NCBI GenBank assembly: GCA_963703315.1
Contig: OY969811.1
Coordinates: forward strand, 3,904,001-3,968,000
DNA length: 64,000 bases
Direction of reading: 5' to 3'
From: an uncultured cyanobacterium
GTDB lineage: Bacteria > Cyanobacteriota > Cyanobacteriia > Pseudanabaenales > Pseudanabaenaceae
Notes under the pieces: generated by a model
Told to the model about the DNA's origin: nothing
Databases searched by the model: none
What the model saw: only the letters and a program-made list of their open reading frames with translations
Program-made: the position numbers and the translations under genes
Shown here: positions 11,758-20,918 of the stretch, one piece after another
How positions within the stretch are numbered: position 1 is the stretch's first letter
Layout: each line of letters starts with the position of its first letter

Positions 11758-12336
11758 TTAGAGATCGCAAGCTTGCTGTCCCCAAGTTAGGGGTGGTCTA
11801 GTGCGAGTACGAGCATCAAGGTCGGGAGCGCAGGTAAATTGCTTGATGGAGCCATCAGGAAAAAGTCCGATGGTTACTGATTCACCCGTGCGATCGCGTC
11901 CAAAAGTAACCGCAGCCACACTTTCACAATTTTGGATAATCTGCTTCGCAATCTCAGTCCTCACTTCATCGCCAGACTTCCAAAAATCAGCAACCCCGCT
12001 ACCACTGATGGTAAGTGTATATCTGCGATTGAGATTGGCTGAGCGATCGGGATAAGGCACTGATAAACGAGAAAAACGACTGTTATTGGTTACTTTCACA
12101 TCAGGAATAGTTTCCAACACATCCTTAACATTTGCGACCACCTGCTCACATACCGTTCCATTTTTGACTTTCGCTTCAGGTGATGGCGTATTAGTTGCGG
12201 TGGATGTTTGGGCGATCGCATTGGATGTGACACTAGGCATCACATTAGGCGCAGTCAAGGCTTGAGATTGTCCACAGGCAATCAGTGAGCAGCTAAGAGA
12301 GAGAAAACTGAAAAGTTTGATTTTAGAGAGTTGCAT
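11758..12336 (-). CDS. lipoprotein A of the array: shared leader plus unrelated C-terminal domain with 4 Cys
   Basis: MQLSKIKLFSFLSLSCSLIACGQ leader. Confidence 0.82.
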   Translation of the reverse strand: MQLSKIKLFSFLSLSCSLIACGQSQALTAPNVMPSVTSNAIAQTSTATNTPSPEAKVKNGTVCEQVVANVKDVLETIPDVKVTNNSRFSRLSVPYPDRSANLNRRYTLTISGSGVADFWKSGDEVRTEIAKQIIQNCESVAAVTFGRDRTGESVTIGLFPDGSIKQFTCAPDLDARTRTRPPLTWGQQACDL

Positions 12337-12342
12337 ATTGAT

Positions 12343-12951
12343 TTAGCGCAAAAATTCTAGAGATTGGACAATTTTGGTAAACTCATTGGGAGTCATGTGG
12401 GCTGTGTCAGTGCAAATAATCGCAGCATTGATCCAATTGGCGGCTTTGCTATCGATAGTTCTCACGGAGTAGAAAGGCGATTTGCCTGCGGGAAAAGTCC
12501 ATAGTTGTTGTGGAGTCTTGGCGATCGCATCTGTCATCGGAGCGCCATTACCGTTGCCAATATTGACATCCACCTCGCCCAAAAGCTTAGTATTGACAGT
12601 GCGGGTGTAGCGCCCACTTGGACCACCAAGCCCGCCGCCAGTCGCCTCAACCGCAAAGCAATGATTTTGACGATTGCGATATAGCACCGTATAGTCAGGA
12701 CCAAAGCGGCAGACTCCGTTAGCATCAATCCTGTCTCCCTGACGACAAGGTTTAGTTTCGACTGCCGCCATCCAAAATCCTTGAGGCACATATTTGGGAA
12801 GCGCAACTTTGATGCCAAGGGACTTCAGTTTTGTGCTAAAGCTAGAGTTGATCAAACTATGACCATTATTAGTTTGGGCAGAGACGGGAGCCGCAAAAGC
12901 AGCAGTTAGAGTCAACAGGGAAAGTAGAGATAGGCAGGTAGTAAATTTCAT
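12343..12951 (-). CDS. secreted hypothetical protein (array gene X)
   Basis: ATG at 12951 gives signal peptide MKFTT...VSA-Q; LPKYVPQGF motif. Confidence 0.78.
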   Translation of the reverse strand: MKFTTCLSLLSLLTLTAAFAAPVSAQTNNGHSLINSSFSTKLKSLGIKVALPKYVPQGFWMAAVETKPCRQGDRIDANGVCRFGPDYTVLYRNRQNHCFAVEATGGGLGGPSGRYTRTVNTKLLGEVDVNIGNGNGAPMTDAIAKTPQQLWTFPAGKSPFYSVRTIDSKAANWINAAIICTDTAHMTPNEFTKIVQSLEFLR

Positions 12952-13055
12952 AGGTAAGTTGGTGATTGTGTTTATTAAGAAAGCGTTCAAGAATTACTCG
13001 CTGTGATCAAAAAATTAGCTGAATCCAGACCAGTTGCTGAGTCCATCTCAGCCTC

Positions 13056-13469
13056 CTATTTATCAAAGGGTCTTTTAGAACTAGAGCATGTTTGATCAAG
13101 TAAATACGACGCAATCCAGCCTCTAGTTTGACTAGGCATATACTCTACATAGTCCCAATTCACTCCTTCATTATCACTTTGACGCACGATGGGTGAATAC
13201 CCGCTAATGCTGTAATACAGTTGGGCTACTCGTTGTCCCACTAAGACATAGCCAACGATCTCAGACTCAACTCCAGGGGCAGAGCGCATATTCACCCGTG
13301 ATCCCTTTTCTTGACCAAGAATATCAGCAAGGCAACGTCCTCGAAATGCTGGGGGTGTGTTTTGGGCATCGGCGATCGCAGTGAATTGAGGTGCGAGAGT
13401 GATGAGAGGGGCAATAATTGCCACCAAAACTTTAGTTAATTTCATAGATTGGAATTTAGCTTCAGGCAT
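13056..13469 (-). CDS. secreted bacterial SH3-like domain protein
   Basis: Signal peptide; VNMRSAPG...W..V......GWIAS pattern. Confidence 0.78.
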   Translation of the reverse strand: MPEAKFQSMKLTKVLVAIIAPLITLAPQFTAIADAQNTPPAFRGRCLADILGQEKGSRVNMRSAPGVESEIVGYVLVGQRVAQLYYSISGYSPIVRQSDNEGVNWDYVEYMPSQTRGWIASYLLDQTCSSSKRPFDK

Positions 13470-13719
13470 TTCTTATGATTAAGATATCTCGACAATATCT
13501 TTGGTTCCAACTGATTTCGTCTCCTAGCGAGTAGGCGGGGAGGCTTCATTTTTGGAAATGCTTTACAGGTCTCTGTTTTAGCCACATTATCCTAAACGAA
13601 ATACAAGTAAAAAATGTAAGATCTTGATGGATTTTAGATTTTTTTAATTTTCGTTTTTGATATGGGCTGTAAGGCAGAGAGATAAGCCTCACTAAAGCGA
13701 AACCACCCTGCTTTACGTT

Positions 13720-14202
13720 CTAAAACGTTTTCCATTCTTCGCGATTGAGAAAGAAGCCGTTGCCTTTGGGGTTGGTGCAGGTCAGCCCGTTAGTGCGCGA
13801 CTTGCAAACAAAGCCGCCTCTGCTCCAAGTCTTGCCATAGGCTAGGGTCTTGTAATTGGGTGAATAGGCGCTATCCCCCGCACAAAGTACGCTCGGCTTA
13901 CCGACTTTGGGTAAAGATAAGCCACTGCCCCAATCCAAATTGCAGGATGCTGGCTGCGGTGGCATCGGGTTCAATTGGCTGACAATTTCACAACGCAGGC
14001 GGTCGCCATAGATCACGCAGTAAATATTTTTACTAGGCATGATGAAGCCATTTCGACTAAAAAAATCTTCCGATGATTGCGCGATCGCAGGTGCATTTAC
14101 AGGTGCATTTTGTGGCAAAGCTTCAGCTTTTAAACTGGTGAAGGGAAATAGAGAAGTGGCGATCGCTAAAACTGTCAAACAGGAAACACGAAATTTTGGC
14201 AT
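13720..14202 (-). CDS. secreted Cys-rich protein (DUF6636-like)
   Basis: Signal peptide; F.MPSKNIYC...C..DWG...CAGD...L.YG.TW..GGF.C.S...GLTC.N..G.GFFL. Confidence 0.75.
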   Translation of the reverse strand: MPKFRVSCLTVLAIATSLFPFTSLKAEALPQNAPVNAPAIAQSSEDFFSRNGFIMPSKNIYCVIYGDRLRCEIVSQLNPMPPQPASCNLDWGSGLSLPKVGKPSVLCAGDSAYSPNYKTLAYGKTWSRGGFVCKSRTNGLTCTNPKGNGFFLNREEWKTF

Positions 14203-14289
14203 TGGATTGAGATTCAATTAAATAAAATGTAAGTGATCATAAACCATCCAGAAGCAAGGCGATAGCTAAGTGCTTGTGCCAAATAAATT

Positions 14290-14344
14290 ACCAAAACCCG
14301 TAAAATTGCGCCCCCGTAGGGGGCGCAATTTTACGGGTTTTGGT
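14290..14344. repeat. perfect hairpin, 26-bp arms, C-GTA-G loop
   Basis: accaaaacccgtaaaattgcgccccc-gta-gggggcgcaattttacgggttttggt. Confidence 0.9.
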
Positions 14345-14374
14345 TTGTAATTAATTTTTTTGGTTTGACGATCG

Positions 14375-16276
14375 CTAGATATTGATACTTTGAGGAATGC
14401 GTGATGGTCTGAGGTAACTGTAATCGGCAATCCTTGTTTCATTGCGCGACTTGATGGTTTTCTCGATCGCCTTCAACTCATCCTGAAAACTCCGTAAGGG
14501 CTTCTCAATGCGATCATCAGTGAAATAGTCATCATTATAATCTCCTAATGTCGTGTAATAGACTGAACCGAGAATATAAGTCAGTTTCAATTGTCCCTTT
14601 GCCTGATCAATCGGTGGCAGTAATGCAAAGAAATCCTCTTCAGTTGCGCCTGTGGTCTGAGTCGGTGCAGGGGTATAGCCTGCTAAGGGAATTGCAGGAG
14701 TATACACAATTAAATCTCCCTGTGGGAAGTTCACGGCGGCGTGTTGAGCGCTGCCTGTGAAGATCACCGCTGTGACAGCCTCAGCTAAATAAGCTAAGGT
14801 GCGAATCTGTCCATTTTCGCCAAAGCTAGTCACACGACCACCATCATCAGCGATGATTTCCTTTGCCCATGCTTGCAGTTCAGTGTCCTTCTCTATATCT
14901 GCATCACTGGCATAATAAACTGATAGATAACTCTTGACCCAAGTAGCGATCGCTTCCCAAACTAATAGTGCATCATCACGATAGGGATAGTCAGGGAGTA
15001 AGTTGGGATTGTCAACACCGCGCTTCCTGAGAGCTTTAGGTAATACGGCATCCTCAAATTTATAGGATTTAACTCCATTCACAGAGACAGCGCGAGAACT
15101 GGCGATCGTTCCTGCCAGCAAGCCATCGACACCACCACCAGCACTCACTAATTTAGACTGTGCGGCATCATTGATTGCTAAAGTTCCTTGGAAATGCGGT
15201 TTGAGCAAGATATATAGAGGGTGATTGCTGGCAAGTTGCCGATTGGTGGCGATCACAAAGGGTTCCACAAATAAATGGGTTCTACCCAAATGGCTAAGTA
15301 GTTGATGATGATTCGCATCGGCAATCTGGACAACGGTTTTGGCAATCAACCAGTTCGGCTCATCACCAGTTTGGAGTAAAAAGATAGGATGAGTCTTGGG
15401 ATCTTGTCCTAATTGAATAGCGATCGGAATCAAGCTCTTTTCCCCTTGAGGAATGGCAAATAGAGCTAAAGGAGCATTAATGTACTTCTGTTCTCCTGTG
15501 GGAAAAGTACCACCAACGATCGCCTCTAGTTCTGCATAGTCTGCTAAATATAAACGTCCTTCTGCTCCTGCTGTAGCTAAGGAATCATTGGGTAAAACCT
15601 GTTGAAACTGCTCTTCAGTTAATGGGAATCTGGCATCAAGAGCGGCAATCCGTTGAATTACTAAAGGATTAAACCCAGCGACACGCAATCTCGCAAATTC
15701 AGTGTTACTAATATAGTTTTGGCTGATCGCAGGGAGAGGTATAATCCAAAATAGATTGTTATATTCTTCAATATTCACTCCTTCTAAATTAGTAGATGGA
15801 GTTTCTAAAACCGATGGTAAATCTTCTAATAGCTCTAGTAATGCCGAATCAGAATGAGCCGTACTTGCGGCGAGTAATCGTTTAGAAAAGTCCTGTTGCT
15901 TGGCTTTAGACTTTTGTTTGCCATCTTCTAATAGCAATGGGTTAGCTCGCTCATTCAGCAAAACCTTGACGGCGGCTTTCCCAACTAACAATCCCCAAGA
16001 TAATGAGAATCTCTCGTTGGTGGGAACTGTCTCTACTAATGGTAGTGAATCGATGTAGGTATAGTTATATTGATAAAGATTTCTAGCATTGTTCAGAAAT
16101 CTCTGACGTTGATTTATTTCAGGATCATTCTGAGGCAGAAGTGGATAACCACTGGCAGGCGATCGCCTTAATATCCAAGCAGCCAAATTTTCCAACTTTG
16201 CCGCGATAAACTTTAATACTTTGGCAACACCACCCAAAAGAGCAAAGATCATGGATGTACCTTGAAATTTATACAC
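14375..16276 (-). CDS. lox: lipoxygenase (non-heme iron)
   Basis: W..AK, HQLLSHLGRTH, QHAAVNF and C-terminal IPQSINI iron-ligand motifs. Confidence 0.95.
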   Translation of the reverse strand: MYKFQGTSMIFALLGGVAKVLKFIAAKLENLAAWILRRSPASGYPLLPQNDPEINQRQRFLNNARNLYQYNYTYIDSLPLVETVPTNERFSLSWGLLVGKAAVKVLLNERANPLLLEDGKQKSKAKQQDFSKRLLAASTAHSDSALLELLEDLPSVLETPSTNLEGVNIEEYNNLFWIIPLPAISQNYISNTEFARLRVAGFNPLVIQRIAALDARFPLTEEQFQQVLPNDSLATAGAEGRLYLADYAELEAIVGGTFPTGEQKYINAPLALFAIPQGEKSLIPIAIQLGQDPKTHPIFLLQTGDEPNWLIAKTVVQIADANHHQLLSHLGRTHLFVEPFVIATNRQLASNHPLYILLKPHFQGTLAINDAAQSKLVSAGGGVDGLLAGTIASSRAVSVNGVKSYKFEDAVLPKALRKRGVDNPNLLPDYPYRDDALLVWEAIATWVKSYLSVYYASDADIEKDTELQAWAKEIIADDGGRVTSFGENGQIRTLAYLAEAVTAVIFTGSAQHAAVNFPQGDLIVYTPAIPLAGYTPAPTQTTGATEEDFFALLPPIDQAKGQLKLTYILGSVYYTTLGDYNDDYFTDDRIEKPLRSFQDELKAIEKTIKSRNETRIADYSYLRPSRIPQSINI

Positions 16277-16287
16277 CCAATAATATC

Positions 16288-16432
16288 GTAATTTTTAAGT
16301 TGGCGTAGCAAACTTAAAAATTACAAACAATTTACAGCCTAAGTAATTAAGTTGCGGCACGAAGCGCCGCAACTTACAGCCCAAGAAACATGTAAAAGCG
16401 TTGCTTCGCAACGCTTTTACATGTTTCTTGGG
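16288..16432. repeat. cluster of three triloop hairpins (16288-16324, 16348-16376, 16380-16432)
   Basis: Loops GTA, GAA and TTC, each closed by GC..GC; the third has perfect 25-bp arms. Confidence 0.85.
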
Positions 16433-16441
16433 GTTGGTGTA

Positions 16442-17137
16442 TTACTTGACTAGTCCTGCTCGGAGGGCGCGTACTGCTGCTTGAGTGCGGTCATCGGCAC
16501 ATAACTTATTCAAGATATTTCGTACATGGGTTTTGACTGTACCAACCGTAATGTAGAGACGCTCAGCGATTTCTGCATTGCTATTGCCATTGACGATCTC
16601 TGATAGTACCTCTAGCTCGCGCTCAGTCAGTGGTGTAGCTTGGAGGACTTGTTTGTAATCAGCCTCAGCCGCATCAATTTCTACGGTAGCTTCGCGGCGG
16701 CGCACTTGCTGTAACACGATATTGGCGATCGCAGGGTCAATCCATGAGTTACCCTCAGCCGTTAATTTCAAGGCTTGTACCAGATTCTCAGAGCTAATGT
16801 CTTTGATGCAGTAGGAGTCTGCCCCTGCGGCAAAGGCAGCTAAAACTGTCTCTTGGCTATCTGTCAAAGTCAGAATTAAAACTTTAGTCGCTCTACCCGT
16901 TTCGGTAGCGGTTGCTTTAATTTGGCGTGTTACCTCTACGCCATCAATATCAGGTAAACCCAAGTCAACGATCGCTACGTCAGGTTGTTGGCTATTTACT
17001 AGGGCAATACCTTCTGCACCCGTTGCGGCTTCACCAACAAAAACAAGCTCTCCCTGCTGTTGTAAAGCGATTTTCATGCCCATGCGGGTCAGGTCATGGT
17101 CTTCAATTAGGACAACACGAATCGAACTCATAAGCAT
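16442..17137 (-). CDS. NarL/LuxR-family response regulator
   Basis: REC domain (IEDH, VDLGLP) and LTERELEVL...TVKTHVRNIL HTH. Confidence 0.95.
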   Translation of the reverse strand: MLMSSIRVVLIEDHDLTRMGMKIALQQQGELVFVGEAATGAEGIALVNSQQPDVAIVDLGLPDIDGVEVTRQIKATATETGRATKVLILTLTDSQETVLAAFAAGADSYCIKDISSENLVQALKLTAEGNSWIDPAIANIVLQQVRRREATVEIDAAEADYKQVLQATPLTERELEVLSEIVNGNSNAEIAERLYITVGTVKTHVRNILNKLCADDRTQAAVRALRAGLVK

Positions 17138-17221
17138 TTTTGCAGATTATGCAACCGTCATTATTGTTACCAGAATCGCACAGAAGAGGCAATAAAACCA
17201 GATTGCGCCGCCACTCTTTGG

Positions 17222-17863
17222 CTACTTTTGGATAGCTTGACCTAATCGTTTCAGGATTTGGAGTACTTGCCCCAGTTCATGCTGTCTAGGAAATAGAGAG
17301 AAAGTCCGCGAAACGTCATATTGAGGCTGGCTATTGTGGGTCATTTTCAAGAAGACAAATTCATCACCATTCGTGGCTAAACCAAAGGATGGTTTGTCTT
17401 TTTGTCCATTGGGACTGGCTAGCATATATGCCAATAATTGCGGAATGGCAGCTAACACAGAGATACTAGTTCGTTTTGACTCAACTACTAAAATCCATAG
17501 GTTTTGTTGAATAACCAGCATATCGATAAAACCTCGCAGGATTTCCTCTGTATCATCCAGTTCTAGCGTGATTCCATAGGGTGAATGCATTCGATAGGGA
17601 GCATCTAGAAAACCTGCTAGTTCTAATAGAGGCGATACGACGACTACTTGGATTGTTCCTTCTAAGAGCAGTCCATCTAATCTTTGGTAGTCATAACGCT
17701 GTTTTAGTCGTTTGATACCTGCTTGTTCTGTCTCAGTTAATGCTGGTAAGTCTTCTTGCCATTCCCTAAAAAAGCGATCGCTATCAGCTTGTCGCAAATT
17801 AAAGCGATCGCTTAAATCATTCAGACTATGAATTGCATCGGTAATTCCTATCGTGGCAACCAT
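17222..17863 (-). CDS. PD-(D/E)XK nuclease-fold protein (HsdR N-terminal-like, cyanobacterial family)
   Basis: G.IDMLV...ILVVESK...QLLAYM...GLATNG.EF.F.K pattern. Confidence 0.78.
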   Translation of the reverse strand: MVATIGITDAIHSLNDLSDRFNLRQADSDRFFREWQEDLPALTETEQAGIKRLKQRYDYQRLDGLLLEGTIQVVVVSPLLELAGFLDAPYRMHSPYGITLELDDTEEILRGFIDMLVIQQNLWILVVESKRTSISVLAAIPQLLAYMLASPNGQKDKPSFGLATNGDEFVFLKMTHNSQPQYDVSRTFSLFPRQHELGQVLQILKRLGQAIQK

Positions 17864-19435
17864 TTAGTTTTTACCAACAACAAACGTTGACTCTAAGTTC
17901 TGATTATAGGTTGCGCCACTCTTTGTGGTTTGGGTGATGGCGATTTGGTAAGAGGCATTGTTGTTTTCGCGTAGCCAAGGAGAGCAGTAACGACCTATCG
18001 GTAAAGTGTAAGTATTGCCGTTAATAATTGCGCCATCGCTAGGTGCAGATTTGGGCGGAATTTTAAAAGTAATACTGCGCCGTTTTTGATAGTCAGAGGC
18101 GACTACACCTGTTGCGGATTCTTTGCTCAAACATTGCACTTGGATTTCGGTGTTTTTGAGCAGTTCACGTACATTGCCGCGATCGCTGAGAACTAATTGA
18201 TTTTCAGTACTTACCCCTGAGATTTTTTGTAATTGGAAAGCACTGACGCGATCGGGATGAAATCCGCCTGTAATTTTCACTACTTGGAGGTTTTCTGGTG
18301 CAGTGGCGGGAATGACTTGATATTCCAGTGTTCCTGCTAGTTGATATTGGATTTCAGCAGACTCATTACGAACATTCACGGTTGCGCCAACTTCTACGCG
18401 ATCGACTCCCAAAGCTGTTGGTGTTTCGGCGGCAGCCCAATCAAATCGATAAAATAATCTTGCTGTATCTTTTAAAAGAGTATAGCGATCCGATGTATTG
18501 GAACTAGGGCGCAGTAAGCTAGACAAACCTGTGCGATCGACCCAAATATTTTTAATCAGTCCTACTTTTTTACCGATCGCCTGTGCCAATGGTGCGCGAT
18601 CGCTTGTAATTTCCGCAGGAATATCTAGACGCGGTACAAGGGTAATCTTGCCATAGTTGCCTGTCTCGCCATTGCGCCCATTGTTGCTGGTCTCGCCATC
18701 ACGACCACTTTGACAGGAATAAACATCGGTGCGAGAAACCCCTTTATAAGTACGTCGATATAGCCAATCATCTTGCCGATATTCCGAAGATTTTGAAGAG
18801 GATTGCGAAAAATCAAAACCATCCGATGAACGCCTACAAAGTCGAGTTTCTTGAGACTCATAGGACCAAGGCGCTTTAGCATCTTTAAAGGGTCGTCGCT
18901 CAATATCCCAAGAACAATATCTAACTCGCCATTCTGGTTCTTGGCATTCACAGCCTTTACCACCAACAGCACCACGCCCATTTCTGCCGCCGCGTCCTCC
19001 TGCATTCCGAATTTCGATCTGCCGCAGATCCGCAATATTTGTATAAAAAATAATCGCATTGCCGCCATTGCCACCACGTCCACCATTGCCGCCATCACCA
19101 CCACGTCCACCCGATGCCCCAATCAGTGAGTATTCAGGACGATAGGGTTGGGCGCAACTACTAGCCGATCGCCCTGCGGTTCCATCTTCGCCGTCATCAC
19201 CATTTGTGCCAGTGAGGTCATAAGTAGCGGGTTTCCCATCACCAACAATTTTGATGTCTTGACCATCCCTGCCCGATCGCCCATCGCGACCCCGATCGCC
19301 CTCTTCTCCAGATCGTCCAAAAGTATTTTGGGCGATCGCTACTGAGTCAAATGATGGTCTGACTAAAGGTAAAGTCAGGATGGTGATTGGTAAAGCGGAG
19401 ATCAAAAATTTAAGCGATCGGGTTTTCCACATCAT
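17864..19435 (-). CDS. secreted collagen-like (Gly-X-Y) protein
   Basis: Signal peptide; several G-X-Y blocks (GEEGDRGRDGRSGRDG, GGRGGDGGNGGRGGNG) separated by Cys-containing segments. Confidence 0.82.
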   Translation of the reverse strand: MMWKTRSLKFLISALPITILTLPLVRPSFDSVAIAQNTFGRSGEEGDRGRDGRSGRDGQDIKIVGDGKPATYDLTGTNGDDGEDGTAGRSASSCAQPYRPEYSLIGASGGRGGDGGNGGRGGNGGNAIIFYTNIADLRQIEIRNAGGRGGRNGRGAVGGKGCECQEPEWRVRYCSWDIERRPFKDAKAPWSYESQETRLCRRSSDGFDFSQSSSKSSEYRQDDWLYRRTYKGVSRTDVYSCQSGRDGETSNNGRNGETGNYGKITLVPRLDIPAEITSDRAPLAQAIGKKVGLIKNIWVDRTGLSSLLRPSSNTSDRYTLLKDTARLFYRFDWAAAETPTALGVDRVEVGATVNVRNESAEIQYQLAGTLEYQVIPATAPENLQVVKITGGFHPDRVSAFQLQKISGVSTENQLVLSDRGNVRELLKNTEIQVQCLSKESATGVVASDYQKRRSITFKIPPKSAPSDGAIINGNTYTLPIGRYCSPWLRENNNASYQIAITQTTKSGATYNQNLESTFVVGKN

Positions 19436-19520
19436 ACTAAAGCCTTTGAAAGCAATCTATTTTGTTGACATTATTATTACAAACTGAGTTCCAAAGTTAT
19501 AGCTAGATATAAACTCATAT

Positions 19521-19615
19521 TAAGTAGGTAGGCGTAATTAAACTTACAATGGGTTTCAGTCACCGCAATAGTTGGAGGCATAGCTATCTTATATTTAATT
19601 TATCCCACTTACTTA
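19521..19615. mobile_element. MITE-like element, TAAGTA...TACTTA end family
   Basis: taagtaggtaggcgtaattaaa ... tttaatttatcccacttactta; relatives at 59693-59796 and 62995-63099. Confidence 0.65.
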
Positions 19616-19649
19616 GAAAAATATTCCTGAAAATTTTTACTCCGCTAGT

Positions 19650-20729
19650 TTATTTACTTAGATCTTTTAATCCAGTAATTAATTTTACTAATGACTCAAT
19701 TACGCCTAATTTTAAAGTTACATCAAGGGAGACAAGAAGCCATGCAATAAAAATGTAAGGCAAATTTTTGTTGATTTCTGCATTAGGATTAGGGAGCTTT
19801 TCAGGAAATAAAATATAAAATGCCATTATCATAAGTGGCAAAGTAATGCCAATGAATCTTATTGCAATCTCCTGTATTTTCTGAAGACGAGTCTGTTTAA
19901 TGACTTCGGCGGTCATTTGAAAAAATTGCCATTCCCAAGAACCATATTCTTCCGTGAAATAATAGTAGGCAAGATTATAAAAATTTTCCCTTAAATTACT
20001 AAGGGTTGTTTGCCTCGGTGCAATTAACCATCTTCTTCTTTCAAGAATATAGTAAGCCATATTTTTAAAGTGCTGTTGAATCCATTCTTGACTGACTGAT
20101 TTTCCAATACTATAATGCCAAGGAATTAAAGTTGTTACTCTTGCTAAGTAGTTCATTCTAAAAAGAATCATACTTTTAACATCTCGTCTATAAGTTACAT
20201 CATCTCTTTTTAATTCAAGATTTAGGTTGATAATTTGTATAACACACAAGGTTTCAGGAATTAAGTATTCTATGATTCTAACTAACAGCCTAGAATATAT
20301 GATCTGTATTGTTATAAAAGAAATTCCATATATTGCGTATACAATAGGTAAAGAAAAAGAATTGTCAAAAAACTGTAAAGTAAAATAAATAAATAGATAA
20401 ATTCCAATAAAAAAAGGAATTGACCCTAATAAAAAATAAATGGTAAATCGCTTGCGATGTTCATCTGCAATTTGAGTATACTTCTCTTTTTTTAGTCCAA
20501 AAAAGTCGAGTGAAAAATCTTCTGCCAAATCAAAAGATGAATCAGTAATCAGTCCCTTTAAAAAAGATGAAATTATTTTTTTATGACCATCAGAGTTAAT
20601 TGTCATTGAGAAAGGAAATCCAACAACGTATCCTAGAAAATGTTTACTTAACCATAATATTTTTAATAATAGTTGAGGTCTATTATAAAGAAAATAGCCT
20701 TCAAGTTTCTTCTTCGCTTGATCATCCAT
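19650..20729 (-). CDS. AT-rich hypothetical multi-pass membrane protein
   Basis: 359-aa ORF with about 4 hydrophobic helices; visibly low GC. Confidence 0.7.
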   Translation of the reverse strand: MDDQAKKKLEGYFLYNRPQLLLKILWLSKHFLGYVVGFPFSMTINSDGHKKIISSFLKGLITDSSFDLAEDFSLDFFGLKKEKYTQIADEHRKRFTIYFLLGSIPFFIGIYLFIYFTLQFFDNSFSLPIVYAIYGISFITIQIIYSRLLVRIIEYLIPETLCVIQIINLNLELKRDDVTYRRDVKSMILFRMNYLARVTTLIPWHYSIGKSVSQEWIQQHFKNMAYYILERRRWLIAPRQTTLSNLRENFYNLAYYYFTEEYGSWEWQFFQMTAEVIKQTRLQKIQEIAIRFIGITLPLMIMAFYILFPEKLPNPNAEINKNLPYIFIAWLLVSLDVTLKLGVIESLVKLITGLKDLSK

Positions 20730-20918
20730 TTTTATTCAGATAAAGTTATCAAAAAATTATAGAGTATTTATCTTTTTTGGCGTTGTACATCTTCATAATG
20801 CTATTCAAGTATTGTGTCTTTGGCTCCTTACCTAGTAAGACCCATTAACGTTTGGTCATTATGAATATCGGCAACGCCCAAAATTCGGACAACCTAGCCT
20901 AAATTTAAAATAAAAAAT

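Noticed and set aside
13470..13719. Riboswitch, tRNA or other ncRNA in this gap and in 53746-54142, 59800-60100 and 62924-63309
   Set aside because: No cloverleaf or riboswitch consensus recognisable by eye; an Rfam/Infernal scan would be needed to exclude one fully.
17222..17863. Restriction-modification system
   Set aside because: Only a small stand-alone nuclease-fold protein; no methylase, specificity or helicase subunit adjacent.
18625..19122. 165-aa alternative-frame ORF rich in V/M/A
   Set aside because: By-product of the Gly-X-Y codon repeats in the collagen-like gene.
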